DNA of 64,000 nucleotides. Source: Heterodontus francisci (lineage: Eukaryota). The DNA lies in assembly GCF_036365525.1 (NCBI RefSeq), contig NW_027140807.1, positions 124,001 to 188,000 on the forward strand. The letters run 5' to 3'. The notes under the pieces were generated by a model. The model saw only the letters and a list, made by a program, of their open reading frames with translations. It was not told the origin of the DNA and made no database searches. Of the stretch, positions 23,267 through 36,600 are shown in pieces. A program made the position numbers and the translations under genes. Position 1 is the stretch's first letter; every line of letters begins with the position of its first letter.

Positions 23267-24000
23267 TCCCATCACCAGCTGCACAGAAATACACCGCCTC
23301 GTCCGTGGCGTTCACACTCTCCATCGTCAGAGTGGATTTCTTATTGTCCAGAGTCCTGCTAATAACAAACCCGCTCTTAAAACCCTCTTCATACTGAGGT
23401 TCATTGCTTAGAAAGTTAAACCCGATTAACAGGAATCCTCTGCCGGGGGACTGACGATACCAGTACATGTAGTCGCGAATCTTTCCTTTCTGCAGACAGT
23501 TCATTTCCACTGATCCTGGTTGTTTAACAGCCAGTGACTGAGGCCATTGATGTATCACATCACCCCGGCAAACACCTAGAAAGAGAAATTAGAGGGAATG
23601 AACTAGTATCGATGGAGTTACAATTGCGACGATGGACGTTGGTGTTGCACCAAATTAACGACGGAAATTCGGTCTGTGTCCTAATTTCCGACAAGCACCT
23701 GGATCTTTACAAATGTAAAATAGAATTGTGGAATCCACAAGTTTGCAAGTGGGTGCAAACATTAAAGAGTTAACATCATATTAATAACACTTGTCTTCCC
23801 AAACTAGGGGACAGATTAATGAGTTCACTGTCTTGTATGAAATAATCGATTACTGATTTCACAAGTCACCACCGCTGAGTTTTATTAAGATCATTGATCA
23901 TCCCTTTCAGTTGATCAAATGTAGAAGAGTGATTGGGACAGAATTTTAACCTACTCAGCCCCAGAAGGGAAATAACAAAGACGATGAAACTGAAAGGCAT
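23267..24000 (-). CDS. TRBV: TCR beta V gene V2; leader 24000-23955, V exon 23575-23267; functional
   Basis: Leader MPFSFIVFVISLLGL|gtaggt; DVIHQWP..EMNC..MYWYRQ..YEEGFKSGF..DEAVYFCAAGDG. Confidence 0.93.
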
Positions 24001-25035
24001 GTTTGCGGTGGATCTGAGAGACTTTCTGCTGGTTACTCTGGGTTTTAAGGGAGGGAGAGAGATGAGGTGTCGGCAGAGCGGATCGTCATAAGAGGAAGTT
24101 ATCTCAAGGCAATGAGCCCTGCCCCTAACTTTAAGTTGTCCCCCATTCTTTCGTTTGCTTCCTTCCGCCCCTTTCCACTTTTTTCTTCTCTCCATTTTCC
24201 TCCTTCCACCCCACTTTCCACTCCTCTGCAAATATCTTCACTCTCTTCCCTTTGTGAGATTGCTTTCATGCCGAGGCGAGGGGAACTGTGTTGGAGAAGG
24301 TGGGTGAAAATACAAGGGGCGGTGCAACGAGAGCTGCTTTGGGTGTCTCCAGAGGTAGCGGTGCAGAACAGGGGATTATTAACATCCTTTTGCAAATTAA
24401 AATCAGTAGTGGAGGAAGAGAAGGTGGATAGTTCGATGGCAGCGGAGGCGGTTCATGTAACATCACTGTAAAGTGGAAATCTAACTGCATTTAGCATTGA
24501 AAGTGGAAAGATTGCAGAAGCAGAGGAATTGGCTCATTGATCAGCGGCGCCAAAGGCTGTGGTGGCGCGAAATACCGTGGAGCCATAGCGCCGACCAGTG
24601 GCAGCATTGTGCAACTGCAACAAGCTGTGTTTGTTACTTTCCCAGTGAAACCCATTGCTCTTTCGGAGAGCCAGTGCAGACACGATGGGCCGAATGTCCT
24701 CCTCCTGCGCTGTAACAATTCAGCGATTATGAATGTCGATGACAACTGGCAATATTTTGATTTCAATTGTTAACCAGATGATCAATATTGTGTAATATTT
24801 CTGATGGATTCAAATGTTACAGGATGATATTCTAAGATACTAAGATGTATCTATCCATTGGTCTGTTTATATCTCTGTCTTTCAGGCTACCGAGCCATCT
24901 ATTTATCTCTATAAGAGCTGGTTGGCAGCTGAAAGATACAGATGTAGACTCGCAAAGGCAACCAGACAAAGTCAGACCCCGAGACGGCGAGGAGATGAAC
25001 AGAAGAAGAGGATAGCTGTAGCAATGAACCTGAGT

Positions 25036-25074
25036 GGTTATTGTCATAGTGTGGAAGGGGTTTGAAGCATTGTG
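25036..25074 (-). other. 23-RSS of V3
   Basis: CACAATG-23-ACAATAACC. Confidence 0.9.
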
Positions 25075-25880
25075 CTCCTTCAGTGGCGGCGCAGTAATAC
25101 ATCGCCCTATCTCCGGGGCCTGCAGTCTGAATTTTCAGAGTGCTCCTTTGAATGTCAGCTCTCACCACCTCGAATCGCCTCTCGAACTCTTCCTGGAAAG
25201 TAGGCTTGCTCCCAGACACGTCCGTCACCAGAAGCTGGGGGCCTTGCCCGTGGTGCTGGCGGTACCAGAGCATGGTGATGTGCTCCGTGTCCTTCTGCTG
25301 ACAGGTCAGTGTTGCGCTCTCCCCATGTCCCACAGTCAGTTCACTGGGTGTCTGGGACACTGAGGCACATCGACAACAATCTAGGGTAGTGGGAAGGGAG
25401 GAAGAAAGGAAAGGGTCCAAGATTCAGTTAACGCAGCCACATCAGGAAAAGTCTGCAGTGCATCCCAGTGCATTTTCTGATCGAATATGAGCTCAGACAA
25501 TCATCCAACATGTGAAGGAGGCCGTTCATCCCAGCAGGCCTGTGCTAGCTCTTTGAAAAAGCTATGCAATGAGTTCATTCCCCAACTTTTCTCATCTCAA
25601 TTTAGTTTTAAATGTAATTTATTCCAGTTTTCTAAGAATAAGAGTGAGGTCCTGTCTGGCAGATCATGCACCGGTTATAGAAGCAAATATCAGTGCAAAG
25701 TAACTCAATGTCTGTTTCTATATGAAGGGGACAATGACAACATCAATGAACGATATTACATACGGATCATTAAGTGTATTTCTTAAAGAAACTCAGGTTA
25801 AATGAAACAATAGTAGCATTCTGAAGTTACTTACGCGGCATCAGCAATGAAAAGGCCCAGAGCAGGAGTTTGAATTCCAT
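25075..25880 (-). CDS. TRBV: TCR beta V gene V3; leader 25880-25835, V exon 25380-25075; functional
   Basis: Leader MEFKLLLWAFSLLMP|gtaagt; SVSQTP..TLTC..MLWYRQ..DRAMYYCAATEG. Confidence 0.92.
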
Positions 25881-25986
25881 CTTCGTGAGGTAACCAAGAT
25901 GTGGTCTGGCAGCAGGAGAGGTGGGAAGAATGTGGCGCCTCTTGTTGAAGACATGGGGGAAAAAGTGCAACATAGACGACTGGAAA

Positions 25987-26032
25987 TGGCGTCACGGATA
26001 TTGCAAGCCTGAAAGTAAGGGAGAGGAAGTGA
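25987..26032 (-). promoter_or_regulatory. CRE-like element (GTGACGCCA) and ETS site upstream of V3
   Basis: Resembles the mammalian V-beta promoter decamer AGTGAYRTCA, about 110 nt upstream of the ATG; aggaagt at about 26025. Confidence 0.4.
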
Positions 26033-26364
26033 GTTATCATGGCAGGGGATTGCTTCAACTGTTGAGCTTCCAGTCCACGGTCATCTGAGATTGAAGTGTT
26101 GTTAACTCACTCAGATCCTCGTTCCACAAAAGAATTGTGGGGCAAGAGTGGAATTACTTCTATTTCATTCAATGGGTTGAGTAGGGTCCACGGTGTGATC
26201 AGGTATTAGTTGGTATAGGGGAGCCCAGAGCAGGAGTTGCTGAATAAAATAACGCCTACAAACGTGTGATCAGAGCCATCGATTTACAATAAACCACAGT
26301 TATTCTGGGAGTCGATTGCAGATCTGTCAGCGAATTCTAAAATATTCTATTAGCAATAGCATAT

Positions 26365-27150
26365 GTGAACAGGAATGCGAGGAGGGCAGAGTCAGAACAG
26401 CAGAGGAGGAGCACGTTCGGCCCTTCGAGTCCGTGTGAGCTCTCTATACAGCAATCCAATTAGTCCCATTCCCCAAGCAAGTTTATTTCTCTCCAAGTTC
26501 ACATCCAATTACATTTTGAAATCATTCATTCTCTCTGCTTCCAGCATCCAGGTAGGCAGTGAGTTCCACATCATTACACCACGCTGCGTAAACAAGATAT
26601 TCCTCACATCGCCCCTGTATCTCTTCCCAAAACCTTACATCTGTGTCCCCCAGTCCTTGTATCCAACAGCTCATGGGAACAGATTTTCTTTGTCTATTTT
26701 CTGCAACCTCTCTTCATTTTGTACACTTCTGTCAAATCTCCCCTCAATTTCCTATGCTCCAAGGAGAACAACCCCAGCTTCACCAAACTAACCATGCAGC
26801 TAAAATCTCTCATCCCTGGAACCATCCCGGTAGATCGACTCTGCACCCTCTCAAGGACCTTACATCCTTCCCAAAGTGTGGTGACCAGAACCGGGCTCGA
26901 TGCTCAAGTTGGGGCCTAACCAAAACCTCATATATGTTGAGCATAACTGCCCTGCTTTTGTACTTTATACCTCTATTCATGAATCCCAAGATCCCATAAG
27001 CTTCGTGAACCTCTATCTCAATATGTCCTGCCACCTTCAAAGATCTATGCACATTAACCCCCAGGTCCCTCTGCCCTTGAACACTCTTTAGGCCTGTGTC
27101 ATTAAGTCTGTATTTCCTCTCTGTCTCCCTTCTGCGAAAATGTATCACCT
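26365..27150 (-). mobile_element. CR1 LINE 3' fragment (shorter paralogous piece at 19275-19778)
   Basis: ORF 26810..27148 has RDLGVNVH and LVRPQLEH..FWSP. Confidence 0.85.
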
Positions 27151-29655
27151 GATAGCAATGTACTTCACTGTTAACTGCCTCTGAAATGGGCTAGCAAGTC
27201 ATTCAGTTCAGGGCAATTCGGCATAGGTAATGAATACTGACCTTGTCAGTGATGTGCACATCCCTTAATATGTGTTTTTATATAAAATTCCTCCTTCTCC
27301 ATTTTTCTTTCACTGTTTTCTGAATTTGCTTCTCTTTACTTCCTTCCGATCATCTGTTTTAGTATATCACAAGTGTTTGCTCAAACCATTTACTATGAAC
27401 GAGCAGACTTGGGGAAATCCAATTGTCTATTTTGTGTGGAATGGTTATGATTTTAATCTGTTTCAGTGTTAGTGGAATTGACTATTGGGTAGATTGGTCA
27501 AGTCACTGCTGCATTGCTCGCTCAGTCTTTACAGAAGCAAATGGGACTCAGGCTGCGGTGGAGCTCCATCTCCACCTCGTGGCTGTCATGTGTAACTACA
27601 GGCACCTGTGGTTTGCACAGTGCAATTGATAAAATAGGCATTATGAAGACATGCTTTGAAATTGCTCCGTCTTCCCATTTTTTATCCATTGCTTCGGCTG
27701 GTGACGCTAGTGACATCGAATTAGATAGAAGATGCAGCACAGATTCAGGCTATTCGGCCCGATGGGACCATGTTCCAGACTAGCCTGGGGCAGATGGCGG
27801 TGTACTTGTCATGTCACTGAGCTGGTAATCCAGAGGATGGGGCTAATCTCCAGGCGACATGCGTTCGAATCCCACCAGGTCAGATGGTGGAATTTAAATT
27901 CAATTAATGAATAAATTTAATTATTTCATCAGAAAATCTGCAATTGAAAGCTAGTCTCAGTTAAGGGGCCCTGTCACCCAGCTGGCTCACTCATGTCTTT
28001 TAGTGAAGGAAATCCACCGTCCTTACCTGGTCTGACCTACATGTGACTTGAGACCCACAGAACACAAGAAATAGGAGCAGGTGTAGATCATATATCCCAT
28101 CGAGCCTGCTCCATCATTCAATACAATCATGGCTGATCTTGGGCTTCAATTCCACTTTCCTGCCTGCTCCCCATATCCCTTGATTTCCTGAGGGATCAAA
28201 ACTCCCATCCTTAAATGTATTCAATGAAGGACCATCCACAACACTCTGGGATAGAGAATTCCAATGTTTCACAACCCTTTGAGTGAAGTCATTTCTCCTC
28301 ATCTCAGTCCGGAATGATTGATCCCTTATCCTGAGATTTCTCGCTGCCTTATTTCATGAAAAGCCGTGTAACATTTGTCAGCTTTCAATCCGATGGGACC
28401 ATTCCTGAATCTAAGGAATTCTGGAAAATCATAGCCAGCGCCTCCACTCTCTCTGCAGCTATCTCTTTTAGAACTCTAGGATGTAATCCATCTGGTCCAG
28501 GGGACTTGTCAGATTTTAATCCCTCGAGTTTCTCCAAGAAATTTTCTCAATTGATATGAATATCCTTAATTTCCTCACTCTTTTTAGGCCCCAGATTACT
28601 GCCTATTTCTGGTCTGGAACTTGTGTCTTCTACTGTGAAGACAGGTACAAAATATTAGTTCAATTCCACTGCCATTTCCCCATTCCCCATGGTGATTTCT
28701 CCTGTCTTTACCTCTAAGGGCCCAACGTCAACTTTAGCTACTCTCTTGCTTTCTATGTAAAAGCTCCTACCATCTGTGTTTATATTGCTGGTTAGCTTAT
28801 TCTCACATTTTATTCCCACATCTGATGAAAGAACATAAACAATGTCTTCATCCATCCCTATCAGTATGACGTGCTATTTCCTGCTCCCTAATGTTTTTAT
28901 CCAGCATCCATTTACATATATCTGGTTATACACATCATTTTTTTCTGTGTGCCACCGAATTCCACATTCTCACCACTCTGTATAAATTCATTTCTGGGAG
29001 TTATTAGTGAGTATGATGTATTCCTGGCCTTCCCTACAAGTGCAGACATCTTCTCACCTCTACCCTATCATATTCCTTCATAATCTTGAACACCTCTATC
29101 AGGTCACCCCTCAGCCTTCTCTTGACTGGGGAAAAGAATCCCAGACTTTTCTATCTTTCCTGATAGTTATAACCTTTGTGCTCTGGTATCATTCTTGTAA
29201 ATCATTTTGCACTTCTGCTCGTACCTCTCAGTGTAATATGGAGACCAGCACTCCGCACAGCACTGCAGATTTGGACCAACCAAGGTCGATGAAGACCAGA
29301 ACTGTACACAGGGTTCCAGAAGCGCTCTAAGTAAGGTATTTGTAAGTCTGAACTGTCCTCAGCACTTCAGGCGTCATCTACACAAGGCATATCGGGCTGA
29401 GAATTGTGCCCAGTGTGCATAATTGTCCAGGTGTGGTCTATCTGAGGTTCGGGTTGAATTGTATTTCAAAGGGCCATTATTCAGGTGTGGGCACAGACAG
29501 TGTGTGTTGCCTGTCTGGAGGTTGTGGGGAGTTAGAACATGGGCGTTCTGCGACTCGAACGGGCACTGAACAGATGCAGATCCGCATCCCTCACCCAGAG
29601 CTCCTCTACACCGAATGCTGGGTTAAATGCACCCGTTTGAAGGGAGACATGTGAG

Positions 29656-29694
29656 GGTTTTTGTCAAGGCGGCCAATGACTCTGAACCGCTGTG
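29656..29694 (-). other. 23-RSS of V4
   Basis: CACAGCG-23-ACAAAAACC, identical to the V2 RSS. Confidence 0.95.
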
Positions 29695-30400
29695 TCCCAT
29701 CACCAGCTGCACAGAAATACACCGCCTCGTCCGTGGCGTTCACACTCTCGATCGTCAGAGTGGATTTCGTATTGTCCAGAGTCCTGGTAATAACAAACCC
29801 GCTCTTAAAACCATCTTCATACTGAGGTTCATTGCTTAGAAAGTTAAACCCGATTAACAGGAATCCTCTGCCGGGGGACTGACGATACCAGTCCATGGAG
29901 TTGCGAATCTTTGCTATCTGCAGACAGTTCATTTCCACGGGTCCTGGTTGTTTAACAGCCAGTGACAGAGGCCATTGATGTATCACATCACCCCGGCAAA
30001 CACCTAGAAAGAGAAATTAGAGGGAATGAACTAGTATCGATGGAGTTACAATTGAGACGATGGACGTCGGTGTTGCACCAAATTAATGACGGAAATTCGG
30101 TCTGTGTCCTAATTTCCTACAAGAACCTGGATCTTTACAACTGTAAAATAGAATTGTGGAATCCACAAGCTTGCAAGTGGGTGCAAACATTAAAGAGTTA
30201 ACATCATCTTCCCAAACGAGGGGACTAGGGGATAGAGTTCACTATCTTATATTAAATGATTGATTGCTGAATTTCACAGTTTTATTGAGATCATTAATCA
30301 TCCCTTTCAGTTAAACAAATGTAGAAGAGTGATTGGAACAGAATTTTAACCTACTCAGCGCCAGAAGGGAAATAGCAAAGACGATGAAACTGAAAGGCAT
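29695..30400 (-). CDS. TRBV: TCR beta V gene V4 (duplicate of V2); leader 30400-30355, V exon 30003-29695; functional
   Basis: Leader MPFSFIVFAISLLAL|gtaggt; intact Cys23, Trp41 and Cys104. Confidence 0.93.
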
Positions 30401-31149
30401 GTTTGCGGTGGATCTGAGAGACTTTCTGCTGGTTACTCTGGGTTTTAAGGGAGGGAGAGAGATGAGGCGTAGGCAGAGCGGACCGTCATAGGAGGAAGTT
30501 ATCTCAAGGCAATGATCCCCGCCCCTACCTTTAAGTTGTCCCCCATTCTTTTGTTTGCTTCCTTCCGCCCCTTTCCACTTGTTTCTTCTCTCCATTTCCC
30601 TCCTTCCACCCCACTTTCTACTCTGCTGCCAATATCTTCATTCCCGTCCCTTTGTGAGCTTGCTTTCATGCTGCGGCGAGGGAAATTCTGAAGGTAGCGA
30701 GGTGTTGGAGAGGGTAGGTGAAAAAAACAAGGGGCGGTGCAACGATAACTGCTTTGAGTGACTCCAGAGCTTATGGTGCACAACAGGGGATTATTAACAT
30801 CCTTTTGCAAATGAAAATCAGTAGTGGAGGAAGAGAAGGTGGATAGTTCGATGGCAGCGGCTCATATAACATCACTGTAAAGTGGCAATCTAACTGCATT
30901 TAGCCTTTAAAGTGAAAAGATTGCAGAAGCAGAGGAATTGACTCATTGATCAGCGGCGCCAAAGCCTGTGGTGGCGCGAAATATAGTGGAGCCACTGCGC
31001 CGACCAGTGGCAGCATGGTGCAACTGCAACAAGCTGTGTTTGTTACTTTCCCAGTGAAACCCATGCTGTGGGCTTCTTCAAGTCACTTCCCGAAATTCAT
31101 CCTCCTTCTCAGTGTTTCATCCTCTCCTGCAGAGGATTATTACCCGCAG

Positions 31150-31535
31150 AATTAACGATACAAATTCAGTCTTTGTCCTAATTTCCTGCCAGTATCTGTA
31201 CAGATGTAAAGCAGAATAGTGAAATCTACATGAGTAAAAGTGGGTGTAGATGTTATATGGTTAACAGTATATTCTTAACAATTTTGTTGCCAAAAAAGGG
31301 GGAACAGATTAATGAGTTCACTGTCTTATATTCAATAATTGATTGCTGATTTCACAAGTCACCGCCGCACAGTCTTGTTGAGATCATTAATCAGTTGATC
31401 AAATGTAAAACAGTGATTGTGACAGAATTTAAACATACTCAGCGACAGAAGGAAAATAGCAAACGTCGATGAAATTGAATGGCATGTTTGCGGCGGATCT
31501 AAGACACTTTCTGCTGGTTGCTCTGGGTTTAAGGG
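31150..31535 (-). pseudogene. Orphan V2-type leader exon (31485-31439, frameshifted) and intron, with no V exon
   Basis: ATGCCATTCAATTTCATC...GA|gtatgt is 47 nt versus 46 in V2/V4; the intron is homologous to the V2 intron; the V exon is missing. Confidence 0.75.
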
Positions 31536-33150
31536 AGCGAAGCTGAGGGAGGAAACATTAATGGGATTAGCATCCTTGAAAGTTGATAAATCACCAGGGC
31601 AGGATGAAATGAATCCTAGGCTGCAAATAGAAGCAAGAGAAGAAATAGCAGAGGGTCTGACCATCTTTTTGCAGTCCTCACAGGTGTGGCGCCGGAGGAT
31701 TGGAGAATTGTTAACGTTGTGCCTCCGTTTAAAAAGGGAGGGAAGGATAGACTGACTAATTACAGGCCAGTCAGTCTGACCTCCGTAATGAGCAAAGTAT
31801 TGCAATCTATTCTGGGAGACAGGATAAACTGTCACTTAGAAAGGCACAGATTAATCCAGGATAGTCAGCATAGATTTGTTAAGGGACGTTCTTGTTTGAT
31901 CAATTTGATCGAATTTTTTGAAGAAGTAACAAGGAAGATAGATGAGGGTAGTGCAGTTGACGTGGTCTACCTGGATTTTAGCAAGGCTTTTGAAAAGGCT
32001 GCACATGGCAGACTGGTTCAAAAAAAAACAAAATCCCATGGGATCCAGGGAAATGCAGCAAGGTGGATACAAAATTGGCTCAGTGCCAGGAAACAAAGGG
32101 TAATTGTTGATGGGTCTTTTAGCGACTGGAGGGCTGTTTGCAGTGGCGTTGCACAGGGCTCAGTACTGGGTTCCCTGCTTTTTGTGGTATTTATTAACGA
32201 TTTGGATGTAAATGTAGGGGGGCATAATCCAAATGTATGTAGACAACACAAGGATTAGCCGTGTGGTAGATCGCGAGGTGGATAGCTGTAGGCTGCAGGA
32301 AGATATTGATGGTCTTGTCAGATGGGCAGAACAGTGGCAAAGGGAATCCAACTTGGAGAGGTGTGAGGTGATGCATTTGGGGAGGTCAAACAAGGCAAAG
32401 GAATACACGATTAATGGGAAAATACTGAGAAGTGCAGAGGAAGTGAGGGACCTTGCAGTGAATGTCTACAGATCCCTGAAGGTAACAGGACAGGTCGATA
32501 AGGTGGTTAAGAAGGCATATGGAATCCTTTCCTTCATTAGCTGAGGTATAGAATACAAGAGCGGGGAGGTTATGCTGGAACTGCATAACTCATTGGTTAG
32601 GCCACAACTTGAGTATGTGTGAAGTTCTGGTCACCTCATTACAGAAAGAATGTAATTGCACTAGAGAGGTTACAAAGGAGATTAACAAGCATGTTTCCCG
32701 AACTGAAAATGCAGCTATGAGGAAAGATTGGATAGGCCGAGGTTGTTCTCCTTGGAACAGAGAAAGCTGCGGGGAGATCTGATTGAAATGTACAAAATAT
32801 TGAAGGGGCCTGGATAGAGTGCATGTGAAGGGTCTATTCACCTTGGCAGAGAGGTCAGTGATGAGGGACCATAGATTTAAAGTGATTGGTAGAAGAATTA
32901 GAGGGGAGATAAGGAAAATCATTTTTCACCCAGAGGGTGGTGATGGTCTGGAACTCACTGCCTGAAAGGGTAGTTGAGGCAGAGACCCTCAACTCATTCA
33001 AAAGGAGTCTGGATTTGCACCTCAAGTGCTGTAATCTGCAGGGCTACGGACCAAATGCTGGAAGGTGTGATTAGAATAGGTGGATCGTTTTTCGGCCGGC
33101 ACTGATGTGATGGGCCAAGTGGCCTCTTTCTGTGCCTTAAACTTTCTATG
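31535..33150 (+). mobile_element. CR1 LINE ORF2 fragment with 3' end
   Basis: KSPGQD, NYRPVSLTS, VDVVYLDFSKAF and QGSVLG motifs; frameshifted. Confidence 0.92.
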
Positions 33151-33289
33151 AGACTATTGGAGTGATAGAGTGTATGTGAAAGTGCCAAGGAATGAGAGAG
33201 AGACAGAGTCACAGAGGATGATATGGAGAAAAACAGTTAGAGAAAAAGAGAGGCAGTGATAGAGATAGATGGAGAGAGGGAGAAAAAGA

Positions 33290-33679
33290 TATGCCTGTCT
33301 GTCTATCTATATAGCTATCTATCTATCTATCACTGTAGCTATCTGTCTAACTTTCTCTATATCTATCTATCTGCATGGCTGTGTGTCTGTCTCTCGATCT
33401 GTGTCAGTTTGTCTCTCTATCTGTATGAATCCGTCTGTCTGTCTACCTACCTATCTTTTTGTCTGTCTGTCTTCATATTTACCTATTTGCATATCTGTCT
33501 GTCTATCTATCTATTTGACCATTTGCCTATCTATCTGTCTACCTATCTGTCTGTCTATCAATCAATCTGTCTGTCAATCGATCTATCTGTCTGCCTATCT
33601 GTCTACCCATCTGTCTTTCTATTTATCTGTCTGTATATCTATCTATCTAATTTCTGTCTCTCTGCCTTTCCATCCATCC

Positions 33680-33743
<64 letters not shown>

Positions 33744-34095
33744 GTTTGACTATCTANNNNNNNNNNNNNNNNNNNNNNNNNNNNNNNNNNNNNNNNNNNN
33801 NNNNNNNNNNNNNNNNNNNNNNNNNNNNNNNNNNNNNNNNNNNNNNNNNNNNNNNNNNNNNNNNNNNNNNNNNNNNNNNNNNNNNNNNNNGTCGATCTAT
33901 CTGCCTGTCTATCGATCAAATGTCTGTCTATCTATCTATCTGTCTATCGATCTATCTATCTAATGGCAGTCTCTCTGCCTTCCTCGCTATCTATCTGTCT
34001 GTCTAACTATCTATCTGTCTGTCTGTCTATGTAATGTCTGTCTGTCTGACTTCCTAGCTACCTATCTGTCTGTCTATCGATCTATCTGTCGGTCG

Positions 34096-34156
<61 letters not shown>

Positions 34157-34219
34157 ATGTCTGTCTGTCTGCCTTCCTAGCTATCTATCTGTCTGTCTAT
34201 CGATCTATCTGTCGGTCTG

Positions 34220-34267
<48 letters not shown>

Positions 34268-34330
34268 ATGTCTGTCTGTCTGACTTCCTAGCTACCTATC
34301 TGTCTGTCTATCGATCTATCTGTCGGTCTG

Positions 34331-34390
<60 letters not shown>

Positions 34391-34550
34391 ATGTCTGTCT
34401 GTCTGACTTCCTAGCTACCTATCTGTCTGTCTATCGATCTATCTGTCGGTCTATCTATCTATCTATCTGTCTGTCTATCGATCTATCTGTCGGTCTATCT
34501 ATCTATCTATCTAATGTCTGTCTGTCTGCCTTCCTAGCTATCTATCTGCC
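33290..34550. repeat. (TCTA)n/(TCTG)n compound microsatellite with an N gap at 33757-33890
   Basis: Direct observation. Confidence 0.95.
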
Positions 34551-34849
34551 TCTTTATGCTGCCTATGGCATGGTGCAGCACACCAATTGGCTTCCGTGTT
34601 TTAAGTACACTGCTCTCTGAAATGACCTAGCAAACTCTTCAGTTATCTACAAGGCATCACGCACCTTCTCCAGGGCAATGAGTGATGATGAATAACTACT
34701 GACTTTCTCAGACCCAGGCACCCAGAATGAATAAAAATAAATTAAAGCAAGAGAAGAGATAGCAGAGGATCTGACCATCATTTTCCAGTTGTTAATTGGC
34801 TGTTTTGGGGCATCTTGAAGTCGTGGAAGACCTTATATATATATATATC

Positions 34850-35390
34850 TTTTCTTATTCGTTCATGGGACGTGAATTTCTTTTGCAAGGCCAGCAATTA
34901 TTTCACAATACTGATTGCCCTAGAGAAGGTGGTGGTGAGCTGCCTTCTTGAACCGCTGCAGTGCATGTCGGATAGGTACACCCACAGTGCTGTTAGGAAG
35001 GGAGTTCCAGGATTTTGACCCAGTGACAGTGAAGAAACGGCGATATAGTTCCAAGTCAGGATGGTGTAGGACTTGGAGGGGAACATGCAGGTGGTGGTGT
35101 TCCCATGAGTCTACTGCCCTTGCCCTTCCATGTGATGGAGTTGGTGGGTTTGGAAGGTGCTGTCTTAGGACACTCGATGCTTTGCTGCAGTGTATAATGT
35201 CGATGGTACACACTGCTTCCACTGTGGTGTAGGAAGTGAGTGTTGAAGGTGGTAGATGGGTTGCTGAACGACCGGGCTGCTATGTCCTGGATGGTGTTGA
35301 GCTTCCTGAGTGTTGTTGGAGCTGCACCCATCCAGGCAAGTGGAGAGTATTCCATCACACTCCTACCTTGTGCCTTGTAGATGATTGATA
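34850..35390 (-). mobile_element. Non-LTR retrotransposon 3' fragment (CR1/L2 group); related plus-strand copy at about 48850-49410
   Basis: YKAQGRSVMEYSPLAWMGAAPTTLRKLNTIQDIAAR. Confidence 0.8.
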
Positions 35391-35745
35391 CTCTATACAT
35401 CACTTCACAATGGTGATGCTAACTATCTGTCTTATTTAGATCATTAATTAAACTTCAAATTAATCAAGTACAGGACAGAGACTGTGACTCAGTTTTAACA
35501 TACTCAGTGCCAGAAATTAAACAGTGTAGACGAGGACTTTGAAATTTTGCAGAGGATCTGAGACACATCTCTCTCTTTCCTTCTCTCTCTTCCTCGTACC
35601 TTCTGCTATTCCCTGTCATTCAGCCCTTGATGAAGGTTCCGGAATCCGGGAATCACCAGCTTGGAAAACGGCCGGTGAGGCAGGGAGAGACATTAACCAT
35701 TGTCACTGCTCCTGTATGTCAGTCAGTTGTGTTGTTCACCCTGTT

Positions 35746-35784
35746 GGTTTTTGTACTGGCATTAAGGCAGTCTGCAGCGCTGTG
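35746..35784 (-). other. 23-RSS of V5
   Basis: CACAGCG-23-ACAAAAACC. Confidence 0.95.
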
Positions 35785-36600
35785 CTCACTGGCTGCACAG
35801 TAATACACCGCCGCATCCACAGCCTTCACCTTGAGGACCCTCAGGCTGCATCGTCTCTCCTCGTGCCTCAAAATCTTCACCTCCTCCTCAAATCTTCCTT
35901 CGTAAATGGGTGAGCTTCCAGTGTAAGAATGACCCATTAGGGTGAGCCCCTGCCCGGCATACTGCCGATACCACAGCATAATGCTCTTTCTACTGTCATT
36001 CCGGGAACAGTTTAATTCTGCTGGTTCACTTCCATTCACCACCACCAGAGTTGGCCACTGGTGTATCACCTCTGCTAGAGTTTTGCCTTGAGAAATAAGG
36101 AGAATAGTTTAAAAAGTTTAGAACATATTGTGACATATGATAACCAACTATAACTATCAAAATAGTTAAGTAGATAATACTAGATAACTATATAGGCAGA
36201 CAATATATAGTTAAATGATATATTGGTAGATATATAGATAATAAACAGATAGATATAGAGATTGAAAAATAATGTAGCAAGTGATATGAGAGAGACAAAT
36301 TAACCCAGAATTAGGGCAAACTTATCGGTTAAAGATAGCTGTAGTAGCGTCACGAATATATAAGTAACTTTCATTCAGTCAAAAATTTCATTAAGCCAAT
36401 ATTATTTACAGTGAAATTACGTTATGTAGTTCAAGAAATGACAGAAAATCGACTTCAATGATGTTTTATCAATCTAGTTTGATAGAAGTTAGTAGTGAAT
36501 GAAAACACAGCATGTATTTTAGCAGAGGTATCTTTATGAACGATGAATACCTACATGGAAGAAGAGAACAGACGATTAGGAAGAGTTTGACTAACTGCAT
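35785..36600 (-). CDS. TRBV: TCR beta V gene V5; leader 36600-36555, V exon 36086-35785; functional
   Basis: Leader MQLVKLFLIVCSLLP|gtaggt; EVIHQWP..ELNC..MLWYRQ..DAAVYYCAASE. Confidence 0.92.

Larger units (their letters stand above)
19275..24655 (+). repeat. Segmental duplication copy A (V2 cassette); copy B is at about 26645-31064
   Basis: Colinear near-identical sequence including CR1 and SINE fragments and the V gene; copy A alone carries the RTE insertion. Confidence 0.9.
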
